From assembly GCA_964247055.1 (NCBI GenBank), contig OZ176053.1, positions 7,378,001 to 7,442,000 on the forward strand: DNA of 64,000 bases, given 5' to 3'. Under the pieces are notes generated by a model that was not told where the DNA came from, searched no databases, and saw only the letters and a program-made list of their open reading frames with translations. This document shows positions 51,376 to 64,000 of this stretch, piece after piece. Each line of letters starts with the position of its first letter. Position 1 is the first letter of the stretch. The position numbers were made by a program, and so were the translations under genes. Origin of the DNA: Paragordius varius. Its lineage: Eukaryota; Animalia; Nematomorpha.

Positions 51376-54300
51376 AATGAAACTTGCAAACGATCGAGAT
51401 TATATTTACCATTTTCTGATTTACCTTATTGAGGGGGGTCAACATTTTCATAAATACTATTCTGATTGTTTATTTAATTACTAAAATTGTTATCTAGAAT
51501 AAATTATATTTACGAGTTTTGGATTTGATACTAAAAACATAAATACTACTTTAAGTCCATATTAAATTGAGACATTAAAGTTATAGAAATTGGCTTTTAG
51601 TAGTCTAAAATTTGCTAGAGGTTAATAATTTGTACATTTAATAGTAGAAATTGTTATGGTTAAGTAGAATGTCGGACTAACTGTATGTGTGACGGGCTAG
51701 TTTTAGAACCATAATTGCTGCACAATTTTTCCATTCTCTCTGTCCGCCCTGGGGAGGCAAGTATTTTCACTAGTTGTCTTGATACAACTTTAGTTCTTAC
51801 AGGAAAAAAGAGGCACACTAGATTGTATCAGATGTATACGTAAAAGAAAATGGTCTTCATAAATGCTACCTTTACATTTGAGAAAATAAGTTTAGCGGTC
51901 CAATCGAATTTCACCCCTCCTTTTTTGTCATAATATTATCGACAGGCATATTTTATGTCGTCAATAACATTAACTTCTTACTGATGTATATTATGAACGA
52001 TTTTTATTGACATATAACAGTAATCCATAATATAAAATGTATACTGAGGTATAATCAAATTGTGATCGGTTTTCATTAACATTATATTAAATTTAAAATC
52101 AAACATTAGGAAAAAATTTTATATGCTCTTGTTTATAAAAATTATCGCTTCACAGTGCCTTTTTTTAGACAAATCTAAAAATAGGGTTTTGTTAAGTTGG
52201 CGTATAATATACTAATATTACCCTTACAAAGATTAAAAACTAAAATATTTGCCACAAATAATTTTCCATAGAATTATAATACATCAAAAGATATGGATAG
52301 CAATCATAAATGGATTTCTTATTGACAACAAACGCTTTCAAAAAAACTTTAAACATTTTATCCGGAAGATCAAAGTTTACGTAATATTAAATTGACATAA
52401 CAGGTAGCAATATTATACATATATTTTTAATAGTCAGGCCTATATATCATGAGTTGTAAATATCAGTAAGTGTTCAATAATTTAGAGAGCGCTCAAGAAG
52501 TTTATGCTAATTAAAATTGTTACATTATTTTAAATTAATGCCATCTTAAGCGGGTTAAGATTAACAGGGGTAATTTAAAATTATTTTGAAAATGTAAAAT
52601 ACTGACATTTTCAGAAAAGGAGTAGGCTAATCAAAAATTTTTTTTATTAATTAGCCAATCTATTTTTGCATTGGCCTCAGTTCAGCTCCACCTTCTGTAA
52701 TAGGGATTTTTAAAAAAGTAACGAAAAATCGCGTCTTGGAGACATTTTCCGGAAAGCGAAGCCTATTTTAATTAATTTTATTTTATAATTTAAAAATGCG
52801 CTAAACATGGCCGGGCTATTTTTTAAATAAGCACCTGTTAGCTATTCCCCCGATAATTGCATTTGACCCAAAAAAATTTGAATCAAAACACTATATAAAG
52901 GTTTAAGCACATATCCTCATATAAAAATAACCTGGCTTTGAAACTTTGCCGAATAAAGTTGGATCCAATGATGCTAGTTGTGTTTCACAAGAAGACAAAA
53001 ATAGTCCAGCGCTTTTTTATTAATGGGTAAGGCCTCGACTTCTGTGATGCAGCCCACCATATAACCGTAACTTTGTAGCAAATTTGCAGAAAACCCATGC
53101 TATGGCAAATTTCATATTTTAGTTAAGCGCTTTTAAATTTAACTGGGGAGGAATCCACTTTTAAAATATGCCACATAAAATTGACTTTGACAATTATTCA
53201 GAAATCATATGTGACTAATGCATTTTCGGTATAAAAACAAATACATCAGGGATGTTTTTTAACTTTAGTTTGGGCCCCTAGTTAATGAGACATCATGAAA
53301 ATAATGTGGCTTTGCTACAACTTTTTGGAAAATCTATGATACCATATAAATTTAATGATGTTTTAAAGGTGTTCCTGTATGTATGGAAAAACTTAAGCAC
53401 TTATAACACTGCTCAACAAGGTTTTGCACCCCCCCCCCCCCATTTTTTTGCATTTTCGGTTACCTAATGGCATGGAAAGGCCAAAACGAAAAATCTAGGC
53501 CGCCATAGTTTTAAAAATTTAAATTTTGTATATAATTTTAAAAAACAATTATTCCTCATGTACATATAGTTAAATATTTAAACGAGGAACTCAATGCAAG
53601 TGGTATTCGAAAGCCAGGTTTTTCATTATAATTTTAGAACGAAAATGCAAAACTGATCCAAATATACCAGCCCCACAGTATACGATACCACAGACGATTT
53701 TTTTATTAAATAAGATTCTACAAAAAAATTCATTGATGATCCATATAATAAAACTTAATAAAAATGTTGTCGTCTTTATATTAAAATATCAACTGCCCGA
53801 ACTCGCTGCTGAAGGTTTGTTATCTCTTTTGCACGAGAAATACGTCTTATCGAGCGGGCTTGTTATTCGACGAAAAAATAGACAATATACAATAAATATC
53901 AATTTATTGAATATGTTAATTAAAAATTCTATGTATCAAATAAAAGGGGATACAAAAGGTCAAGAATATAGAATTAAAATATATTGCTAAGAGTCAAAGA
54001 ATATTAAAAATCAAAAATATTAAAAATCGAAAAGGGCTAATATATGGTGTGTGGTATGATATCCCGGCGGCTTGCACAAGCTCTGCGAAAATCCCCCATT
54101 CAATCCTATAATCATGCCAGATATGGCAAAGTTATACAATAATGAGGTGATTCAAGCCCGTTAGCAGAGATTTCCAATATAACGTAGTTAACTTCAGCAA
54201 AATCTAAAAATGACATGTCAATTTAACCAATTCACAGAATAGAGCTAGACAGATTTGACCATGTAATCGGAAAAGAAGATTAGATAAGTTTAATTCATAT

Positions 54301-55395
54301 TTTTTCGTTCATAAAGTTATGGTAGGATCCAAGTAATAAAAGTGGCTGCCCAACATCCATCTGAAATTCAGATTATAACGCAGCCAATCATTTTTGAAAT
54401 AAATAACATCCCTTAGGTATAAATAACACGATTTTTTGTACCAATCAACCGAAGAAAAACCCTAATAAGTGCTAAAATAACCAAAACTAACAACCGAAGG
54501 TTTATTCTACAAAATGCCTCTTAAATTATGACGTTTATATCCGTACCTCCCTGATATATAAATGATATATTTATATCTAAAATTTAGACCTTAAAACGCT
54601 TTATTAATCTGTATTAATTTTATTATATAATAACTTTTTATTATAGAGAAATATTTAATTTATGATCGATTTTCTCTTGTATTTGAAAAATTGAAAAACT
54701 CATAATATCTCAAAATTTTTATTGGGGGAATCAAATTTTTTTTCGACTTTAGAACATTGATGAATTAGTCATAACTTTAGATATTGAGTGGTGGTGCTCA
54801 AAAATGTCCAAATTTGTCGACGAGTGTAATTAACTCATGGTTAGGGCTGCCTAAATATATGCCATAATATGAAAAATAACTGGAAGCATTCTATTGATTT
54901 ATGAGATTAGATATGGAAAACACGCGGTAAGCTCCAAGTAATGTAAAATACGTGTCGAAACAAAATATCGTGTCTAAATTTCACAATAAATTTAATATTG
55001 ATTTACGGATAATATTGTGGACTGTCACAACGATGTGGGACATGACCCTAGTTGATATATGAATTGTTTCAAAGATTGGATTTGTCAGATTCGAAATTAA
55101 CGCATTACACTACATTGAGTACATAAATAAAATAATAATAATAAATAATAATATCTAAATAGTCCAATACTTTTCCAAGTAAAAATATTGTCGTTTTTTT
55201 ATTTCCACCTTTGAGCAAAGCAAAACACAAGGGTACAAACAAAAGCTATCCTTTAATCTCTTACGCGGCAACTCCTTGGAAAAACCAATTCCTCGGTAAA
55301 AGCAGCCGGTGCACAAAGCGAAGCCGTAGATCCCGTTGCTTACATTAACACCTCTACAATTACATTTCTGTATTTAATTTATAATTATATAAATA

Positions 55396-56077
55396 CTAGC
55401 GTAAATCTCGTGCTGCTACGCAGCCCGGCCTATTTCAAAAAAAGGCGAAGCTATTGTCGGGGCATTCATTAATGATTAAATTTTTTCGATATTTGGATTT
55501 GATTGGGTCTACCGGTTTTCCGGTACCAGATCACAAAGTTACATGATGAATCAGTTTTTAGCGGGTAACTTATCCAGCAGCTATCATCAAAGAAACGTTT
55601 GACTAAAATTTTTGACTTTTATCAGGGAATACGTGGAATCCATATTGAATTTTTACGGTCTTATACCTAAGGCGAAAAATAGATTTAAAAAATTATTTTT
55701 GTGGACTTTGTTTTCTGAAAAAAATGGCATTTTACGAGGGGAACGGGTAAAAAGCGGGCCTAAATCAAAAAAGCGAGACGACTATGTTCGGTGCAATCGA
55801 AAAAATTATACAAAAATTATATTTGAAATTAAATGGTTCAACACGTTCTCCAGAAAATTGTCTCGAAGACACGATTTTCGTGGACTTGTTTTTTTAAAAA
55901 AACCCGTTTTTCACACGGGGTGGGCCCGAACTGGGGTTTATTTCAAAAAAAGGGCGAAGCTATTGTCGGGACATTTATAAATGATTATATTTTTTCGATA
56001 TTTGGATTTGATTGGGTCTACTGGTTTTCCGGTACCAGATCACAAAGCCAGCTTTTTCCATTTTATAAATATATAGA
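55396..56077. mobile_element. Possible Helitron/Helentron-like non-autonomous element with an internal ~108-bp direct repeat
   Basis: Starts CTAG plus a GC-rich stretch and ends TATATAGA; direct repeat at 55431-55538 and 55939-56047; related sequence inverted at ~52730-52860. Confidence 0.45.
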
Positions 56078-56233
56078 GGTGATAAGGGTGCAAATCAAAA
56101 AATAGAAGATCCAGGAAGAATTCATCTATGCAATTTAAATTTGTGTTATACCCCCAAACATTTTTTATATTTTAATGCTTGCCTTTTTACGAGCCAGTAA
56201 AGAATAGAATGAACTTATATTTATATTCTAAAC

Positions 56234-56437
56234 ATGTATTGGGTAATATATTTTTTAGCCTTATATAATATAAACGGGTTAAGTCTTCAAAACCATATGC
56301 GCCATGATGTTAGAGGGAGACAATATAATGATGCAAATATAGCGATCAATTCAAATGAAGGAATTTTTAAAATTTTACAAAAGGATTTAAACAATCAAGA
56401 ATTTATGGAGAATAAGAAGCGACATCTTTTGAAGTAA
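56234..56437 (+). CDS. Candidate secreted peptide precursor (first exon; continuation uncertain)
   Basis: Signal-like MYWVIYFLALYNINGLS, a KKR site near the end, and a GTAATT donor overlapping the stop codon. Confidence 0.4.
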   Translation: MYWVIYFLALYNINGLSLQNHMRHDVRGRQYNDANIAINSNEGIFKILQKDLNNQEFMENKKRHLLK

Positions 56438-58039
56438 TTTTCTTTGTTTAAAATAGTTTTGCAAGTAAGTCCATAGCTTCGGGTTTGAAATGGAGCAAGA
56501 AAAAAGAATATAAACTAACTACAATGTTAAATTTTATGCTATTTGGCTGAATCGATTGTTATTACATTATTTTTTTTATAATAAATTTTTTTATTCAAAA
56601 TTTAATTTTCATCTAATGAGGAATGAATTAACTATATTTATTTTAAAAAAAATAACCCTTAAAAAGACATCCAATGATATTTGCATAGAGAATATTCAGA
56701 TTTTAATGATATAAACATCAAATATTTTAATGAATATAATTACTATTTGCACTGTGTTCAAAAACAAGGGGTAAAAAAATATCTTGACGAAATATATAGT
56801 CTATAGGAAATTGTATTAGGATTATCATGGTGCCTTTGGTTTTGGCCCTCTGAGTTATTCAACAAAGTTATTTACACTTTTATGATAATTTACCATATCA
56901 GAAAATGGCATGCTCAATTTTATAAAAATTCCTTGGGCGAGAGCTAAATGCTTTCCAAAAAATATATATCAAAAACTACATATAAAAAGCAAAACAAAAT
57001 TGAAAAAATATAATTTTTGGATGTGGGCTCCGGTCCCAAATTCGCTTTGTTAAACTTGGATAGTTCTATCAAAATAAACGGAAAAATGTCAAAATATGCT
57101 AAATTTTGATATCAAAAATATTTTTTTAATTAATTTGTTATTTTGAGTCATGATGTTAAAATTTTAAAATATAATAAAAAAAAGGTTTTCTATGTATTTC
57201 TATGAAACCATTTCTATCGCCTATTTATTTTTAAGTTCATTCGCTTTTAAATTTTTGTGAATTTTCGATTATAACACAAATCATATCTAACATAATCTTG
57301 AAGACGAATAAAAATTTTAATAAAATTCTGAGTTAGAAATGTTCAGCATTATAAAATTATATAATTGTTTAAAGCATTTTTTACCGTTATATTTTTAGTT
57401 GATATTAAAATTTATCATATAATTATATTTTTATCGCGCAATCTGGCCGTAAGAATTGGCCTATTTTAGAAGAGCGAAAAATTGACTTTTGGAACTAAAA
57501 TTTAAAAATTATAATTTTTTAAATACATTATTTTGCTTTTTATATTTAGTTTATGATATTGGTATATTTTTTGAAATCATTTAGCTTTCACCAAAAATAT
57601 TTTTTTAAAATGTGCGCACAATTTTTCCATCTACTAATATGGACCACTTAACCACAAAGTATAAATAACATTAAATCACTCGTAATGGTCTAAACCAAAG
57701 CATCATGATGATCCTGACGCCTTTTCCTATCAGATTTATCATATTATTTATTTATAGACACTGTGTTAAATTTTGTCCGTAAATTTTTTTCTGACATTGT
57801 GTTATAGATTCCCATTGTTGATTCTGGGGTAAATATTGCTCAAAATGTATTCATCCTATTGTAATAGGTAGTAATAACACTTAAGGTAGTCAACTATTAA
57901 ATTTATATTAAATATATCCTTTTTGCAATAGTTTGAGGTATAATTTATTTAATACAGAAAAAAATAACATATATTTTACAAATTAAATATATTATCATGA
58001 TTATTGACAAATATTTGCAATTTTGTTAAAAAAATATAA

Positions 58040-58400
58040 ATTAGGTTTATTTAACACTTCGATATAAGATTTTAAGTAAAATTTAGTTTTGGAAAAAAGT
58101 CTCGTATCAAATTACTTGAACGCCATTTTTATTTTACAACATTTTTGCAAAATATCGTGTTTATTCCATTAAGTCTAAAATTAAGATTACTCTTTTAAAA
58201 TCACATTTTACTTGGATATGAACAAAAAAAGTGGTATGTTTACCATTATTTTAATATTTAGCACACATGTTATGTTGGATAATTTTTACCTTTGGGTTAT
58301 ACCATTTTTAATGAATTTTTATTATATTCCGGTTCATTGATGTTATATAAGTGCAAACTTTTGCCAGGGTTTTAATCATATTTTTTAAAATATTTAATTT
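58040..58400. mobile_element. Degenerate piggyBac-type MITE relic
   Basis: Internal blocks (CGCCATTTTTATTTTACAA..TTTTGCAAAATATCGT, AAGTGCAAA.TTTTGCCA) match 60098-60675. Confidence 0.6.
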
Positions 58401-58520
58401 TAAGCCTAAGGATTAAAGTGTGTGTTATATCTAAGTCTTAATTAGACACACCCCCTTATATATCACAGCTGGTAACACTATTTAATATATGATGCAATCA
58501 GCATAAGCCAAACCCTCACG

Positions 58521-61500
58521 ATGGATGATGAAATCAAAAGTTTTTGCCAAATTTATCCTGAATCAATAAGTAACATTTAATAAAATAATTTTAGTGCCCC
58601 TTAATTTGTTAGGCGTTATTTCTCCTTTATCTCTTGATTTAATTGATTTGCAACCACACCCATTGTCAAATATACCAATCCATACTAGTTCCTATTTATG
58701 CAACAAAGCGATGACAAACGATAAATTCTATAAAAATCATTTTATTTTAACAGATAACACAAATTATTGGGAAAATGCTGTTCATCCCTTAACTTATATT
58801 GATTCTACCTTTTCAAATCAAAACTTCTTAACTCTTTCACTTCCCTATAATAAAAATAGCGCTTCTAACTGCGTTGCATTCTCTCCAAACTCTAAGCATA
58901 TGGCAATAAATATCGGAAATGGAAAAATTATTTTGTCCTCTTTATGTCAATTGAGCCTAATTCTCAATCAACAATTGGATGAAAACAAATATTAGTAAAC
59001 ACTTTTGATTGTTTTAATATATAATATATATAATCATATTTATTTTTAGTTCTAGCATTACAATAGACTGTGTCGATAATGTTCAAAGTATGATTTTTGG
59101 GGCATCCAATTATTCATCTGCCCATTTTACCATAAAAAATCGTATTTCAAATCCTCATCAAAACACAGGTAATGTTATGACAGTTAGCGATATAAGATTA
59201 AACAAATTAAATTTAATATATAATTATTTTGTAATAGAAAATGTGGCGAAAACATCCAAAACGATTGTTAATAAACGCTTTGATTTTGCAAAAGAAGAGT
59301 GTATTCTTGTTACTGGACAGACAAATGGTCAAATTAAAATTTGGCAAGTTCCTACTGGTATATATTAATTTTTATATTTATTTGTTTTTATATAATATGC
59401 CTTTTATACGAATGTGTGTTGACCGTTTATCAATAAATTATCAATAGATTATTTGTCAACATATCGATTAAATCTACTCTTTGTAATTTTTTTAGAAGAC
59501 AATAAAATAAAATGTAAACTTGTTTATGGTAATAATATTAATAAAAATTATGATTTATGTACTAGCACATTTATGTTAAAGTTTCTTCTAGATTTTTGGT
59601 GGATTGATTTTCATTATAAAATTAGGGAACGCATTGTTTAAAATATTATATTAAACGGATATTTTCAGAATATATTTTATATTTACCATCTATGCTGTAT
59701 TATAGCAATAAATTATTTAACTTATTTTAAAAAAACATTAGTTTATTTGTTTAAAATTTTACAGAATTACAATGACTTAAGGTTAGAAAATAAAATGGAT
59801 GTATTTAGTTGTAGATTATATAAAAATATCTATTTGACATAGGTTTAAACATCGAAATATTTCATTTTATTTTATTTTAATTTTATACAAATAAGAACTC
59901 AATTATATTTATCATAAAGGGCGCTTGATGCTTATACTATGTGATCACAAGTCTGCTGTGACAAGTTTGGCTTTTTGTCCTGATCCCAGCCAATTTAAAT
60001 TGTTGTCAGGTTCAACAGATCGAACCTTTAAAGTAATTTGTTTTTCATAATATATTTGTTGGGTTCTATAACATAAAATTATAATTGTTCGGTTTAACAC
60101 TTCGATTCAAATTGGGGTATCTAAATACCCCAGACTACATTTAAATTAATATTTTTAAAAAACTACCGAAGGAAACGGTCTTAATTAAAATTTATGCTTG
60201 TATCGTGATAAATATTATATAAATATGCCAAAACATCTTGATAAAATTTTGTTTTGAAAAAAAAGCTCCATCTCAAACTACTTCGACGCCATTTATATTT
60301 TACAAAATTTTTGCAAAATATCGTCTTTATTTAATTTTAAGGGTAAAACTCAAGCTAATTTTTTTATAAATTACATCTAACATTGATAGAAATAGAAAAA
60401 GCGGTTTAGTTTGTATATTTCAATTTTACAATTTGACACATGTCACGTTGACGAAATTTTTACCCTTCGGTTTTAGCTTAAAATAAGTAATATCAAGTAT
60501 TTTTGAATAAAATTTTTTATATTTTTCGGTTTATTAATGTTAGATAAGTGCAAAATTTTGCCATGGTTTCGATTCCTTCTATATTTTTTAAAGAATTTAA
60601 TTTTAAACAGGCCTGGGGTATCCAACTACCCCAATTTGAATCGGAGGACTAAAATGAGTGTGTTGTATCCAAGTGTTAATTATTATATACATATTGAAAT
60701 TTAAAATTATAAGGTTAGTACATACAAAAAGGTGAGAAAGAGATTTTACCGGGTTTTTTTACAAAGTAGCTCATAACTATTGTATTCATATGCCGCGGAA
60801 AACATACTTTGATTATGATATTGAGCTATTCTCAAAGCGAAAATTTAAGATAATAAAAAAATAATTGCTCCAATATGGCATAAATTATGTCCATTATTTC
60901 CAGTTATTAGCGATGAAAAATGGAAGTTTTTTGAAATGTGTTTTGTTTATATATATGATGATGATTGTATCGTCTTTGTGTAATGGCTAGCCATGATATC
61001 TGTATAAAAGGTGCCTGTAATATTGCGATCCTCCCAGCCGTTAGTATCAATGTTGGTAACACTCAAATCATTATTTATTGTTTTTTTTTCAGTTAAAAGT
61101 TGGTTTATCCCTACTATTGTTGCCTTCTGGATGTAGGGATAAAATTTTATTTGTCCATTGTCCTGGAGCACGTTTGATGTGTCCAAATGTGATTTTTACT
61201 CTTATTGAAAAGTTCAATTACAGCTTTCAGATTCTGTTAAAAATTTGGAAAAGTCATAATTTGAGCTATTGGGGTCGAATAATTTTAACTTTCGCTTTCA
61301 TATAATTGGCTATAATATAGTCCACTTTCTTTTTGATTTGATCCAAAAATTTTGGATTTTAACATTAAAAAATGCTCCAGGAAATGTATTGCATTAAATT
61401 CCAATAATATCTGTCATATAGTCCAAGGTATAATGTTTTTTCTTGTTTTGTCACCGGAAAGCATATATTAGTCTTATAAATACTCATCAGAATTATTTAA

Positions 61501-63528
61501 AATTTTTACCATTTGATAGATTTTATATGCAAAAATTAAATTTTTATCAAATATTAGTGGCCTTTTTAAGCATTAATATTTTAAAAACTATGTCTTCGAG
61601 AAATTTTTTGCGGCATTTAAATATATCGCTTTTTAGTTTCCTTATGAAAATTCCGGTATTTTTCATACTCTTTCTGTTAATTACGATATTATTAGCTTTA
61701 TAAGGTTTTTATAATTTAGAAATTTTTAATTAGGAATTTCATCACATGATTTTATATTTTAGTTTTCGTTATTTGGTCTTTTTTAAAAATACTAATATAT
61801 CGGTTATTTCCAGATACTTAACAATAATATACTATTGTTAGATAAACAATAAAGCTATGTTTGCTTCTTTTTATAATTTCTAAAAACACTTTATTTATAT
61901 ATTACCTATAATTCTATTAAATAATAATATAAAAAATAACGATAATCAATAAAACTATGTATGGTTTCAAGAAATATTAAAATTTACAAATCCCGACAAT
62001 TATGTCATATATAGATTTGGGATATGAATCAAGATGGAAACATGTGCCCTACTGTCAATGTTACTCCTCACCAAACTCGCATAACTAAATTAGTTTGGTC
62101 TCCAGACGCAACACGCATAATAACTGTCGGTGGAAGTAATAAAGTATGTATCTATTAAGGGTTACTTTAACAAAAGTTTTGTTGATTTAAAGTTAAAATA
62201 ATATTGCGTTTACACTTAAAATTAATTACACGTGAAATTTAGATTGGTTAAGGGATTATATTTTATGAGTTTATATTCATATATGAATTTGCATAGGCAC
62301 ATATCTGGAAAAAATGTAGCAGCAAAAACACGTATAAATGTATCAAAAGTTTACAGGGCCATTTAAATGAAATCGTTGACTGTGATTTATCCAGTGATGG
62401 TAATATATTTTTCATTTATTTGTCAAAATTATATATATTTTTTTAAACGAGTTGTTATCCAATCAAAAATTACTTTTTTTTATAGTGGTGATAAAAAACT
62501 ATATGCGATTAACGTTTTGTTAAATTAATGATAAAATATATAATATAAATATATGTTTCGATTATATATTGGTTAAATTTATTAAAATTTAATTATGTGA
62601 CAATTACTTGAAACATTTGTGATTATTTCTGTGCAATTAAATAGTGTAAGATGCACTATATTAATAACTGGCTTCTAAAAGATCTTGTATCGCATAATTT
62701 ACGAGAAAACTTTGTTAGACTTTATATATATCTTAAATAAACGGTTTTGCTTTCAATATTTTCTTGATTGGTTTTCATTTGGTCGCTTTTTTATTATTTT
62801 ACATAATTATATTGAAATTAAAAATATCAATTTTCATCTGTCTTTTATGAGGCAAATTTTTTATTATTATTGAGATAGCGAAGCAGTTTCTTGATTTCAA
62901 TCTACATTTTATATTATCATTAAAATTTGAATATTCCAGGTGCTTTACTATTAACTGCTTGCCTAGATTCCTATACCATTCTGTGGGATGCATATGAATA
63001 TGTGGCTATCAGAAAATTTGGGTAATTTTTATTTTATTTTTGGCAAATTTTGACACTCATTTTAAAAATTTATGAATACTTAATATAAATTTACAATATA
63101 AGGAGTTATTAATAAATTTACCAAACTTATTTTAAATTAAGATAAGGGTCATTTATTATTGATAATTATTTTATATAACCTATATGATTACTGCTCTAAA
63201 ATATATGGTCAATAAAGTACAAATAGGTTACACCCTGAATTGTTTATATCGCGATCAGTAAATGTATACATGAAATATAGATAATAAGGATAAAAAATAT
63301 AGTTTTTTAATATATTCCTTTCTTAGACAATTACTTTTTCAACATGACTTTTTACTTCAATTTTTAACAGTGGTTATTCTGAGTTTTTTTACATTCATAT
63401 TCCTATTATCACAGACACATGTTTCCACCCCCTCGGCCCATATTTGCTTCAGGTCCCAATGGACATGGTGTGAGAGGCGTTCAATTTATACCAGATACTT
63501 TTCTTTTTACCACTATCTCTGATGATGG
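58521..63528 (+). CDS. WSB: WD repeat and SOCS box protein (WSB1/2-like), 5' partial to window end; exons 58521-58569, 58595-58994, 59050-59357, 59920-60032, 62015-62143, 62297-62399, 62940-63021, 63415-63528
   Basis: Spliced translation gives CVAFSPNS, IDCVDNVQSMIFG, LVTGQTNGQIKIW, DHKSAVTSLAF, IWDMNQDGNM, LQGHLNEIVDCD, GALLLTACLD, FGHMFPPPRPIFASGPN, in WSB order with compatible phases. The SOCS box lies beyond the window. The first exon is less certain. Confidence 0.9.
60098..60675. mobile_element. piggyBac-type MITE in WSB intron
   Basis: TTAA|CACTTCGATTCAAATTGGGGTATC ... TTGTATCCAAGTG|TTAA; 578 bp; opposite orientation to the 22958 copy. Confidence 0.92.
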
Positions 63529-64000
63529 GTATAATTTGGATTTTTTACTCGATCATGCCTTGTGATTTAATAAAGGGTTTTATGGCTAATTTGATTCAAA
63601 TCCATTCGTTGTTTATATAACAGAAAAATTAAATGATGCAAAATGGCTTATTTAAATTATTTAATACTGATTAAATATAGACATAACTGTACAACATTTT
63701 TATATGGTTTTGTTATATTTATGGTCATGTTTTATAAAAAGAGATGCATTTAAAACAGTAATCATTTTAGGTTTTGATTCATCTAAGGTTATCAATTTTT
63801 TATACTTTGCTAATTAAAGTGTATGTTTCTAGCTTCATGGTAAAACAAAAAGTTTATATTTATTTTGAAAAAAGCACAAAGAAAAAACCTTTTTTCAACC
63901 GTTCATATGCCAACATGACATTTAGTTTATTATTAAGGTTAATTTGAATGCAAAGATAATTATATATAATTTTCATATTACTTACTAATGCCAATTTTAT

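Noticed and set aside
55612-56105. 122-aa and 90-aa + ORFs
   Set aside because: Lie within a repeat element with an internal direct repeat; non-ATG start for the longer one and no domain.
60947-61480. Possible LINE remnant in the WSB intron
   Set aside because: Only a weak YLG-like motif with stops; not enough to support a call.
1-64000. tRNA, rRNA, snRNA or spliced-leader RNA genes
   Set aside because: No cloverleaf or recognisable conserved RNA sequence seen by eye; an Infernal/tRNAscan search would be needed to exclude divergent ones.

Overview
Very AT-rich eukaryotic (animal, protostome-like) genomic DNA with spliceosomal introns; the species cannot be determined from sequence alone. 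The left ~37 kb is mostly transposon debris: Ty3/Gypsy relics, a Chapaev3-like transposase relic, two hAT (Blackjack-like) elements with TIRs and 8-bp TSDs, TTAA piggyBac-type MITEs, hAT MITEs and a long-TIR TA-flanked element, often nested. It also holds a small lineage-specific gene family ending in NSP*. This family has two intact tandem ORFs at 30.2-32.2 kb (one with a very Lys-rich N-terminus) and three decayed copies inside a 1.8-9.5 kb direct/inverted segmental repeat. The right ~23 kb is genic and all on the + strand. An allatostatin-A-like (FGLamide) precursor lies only 147 bp upstream of a 3-exon, ~1689-aa CYFIP/Sra1 gene with long low-complexity inserts. A second FGLamide precursor, an orphan Wamide precursor, a fourth candidate secreted precursor and the 5' part of a WSB (WD40/SOCS-box) gene follow. 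Top leads: (1) a same-strand cluster of single-exon neuropeptide precursors wrapped around CYFIP, possibly operon-like or nested; (2) hAT elements carrying an antisense copy of their own transposase (built-in hairpin); (3) the NSP* basic-protein family; (4) a candidate 25-nt intron. All alignments were done by eye, so boundaries of degenerate elements are approximate.
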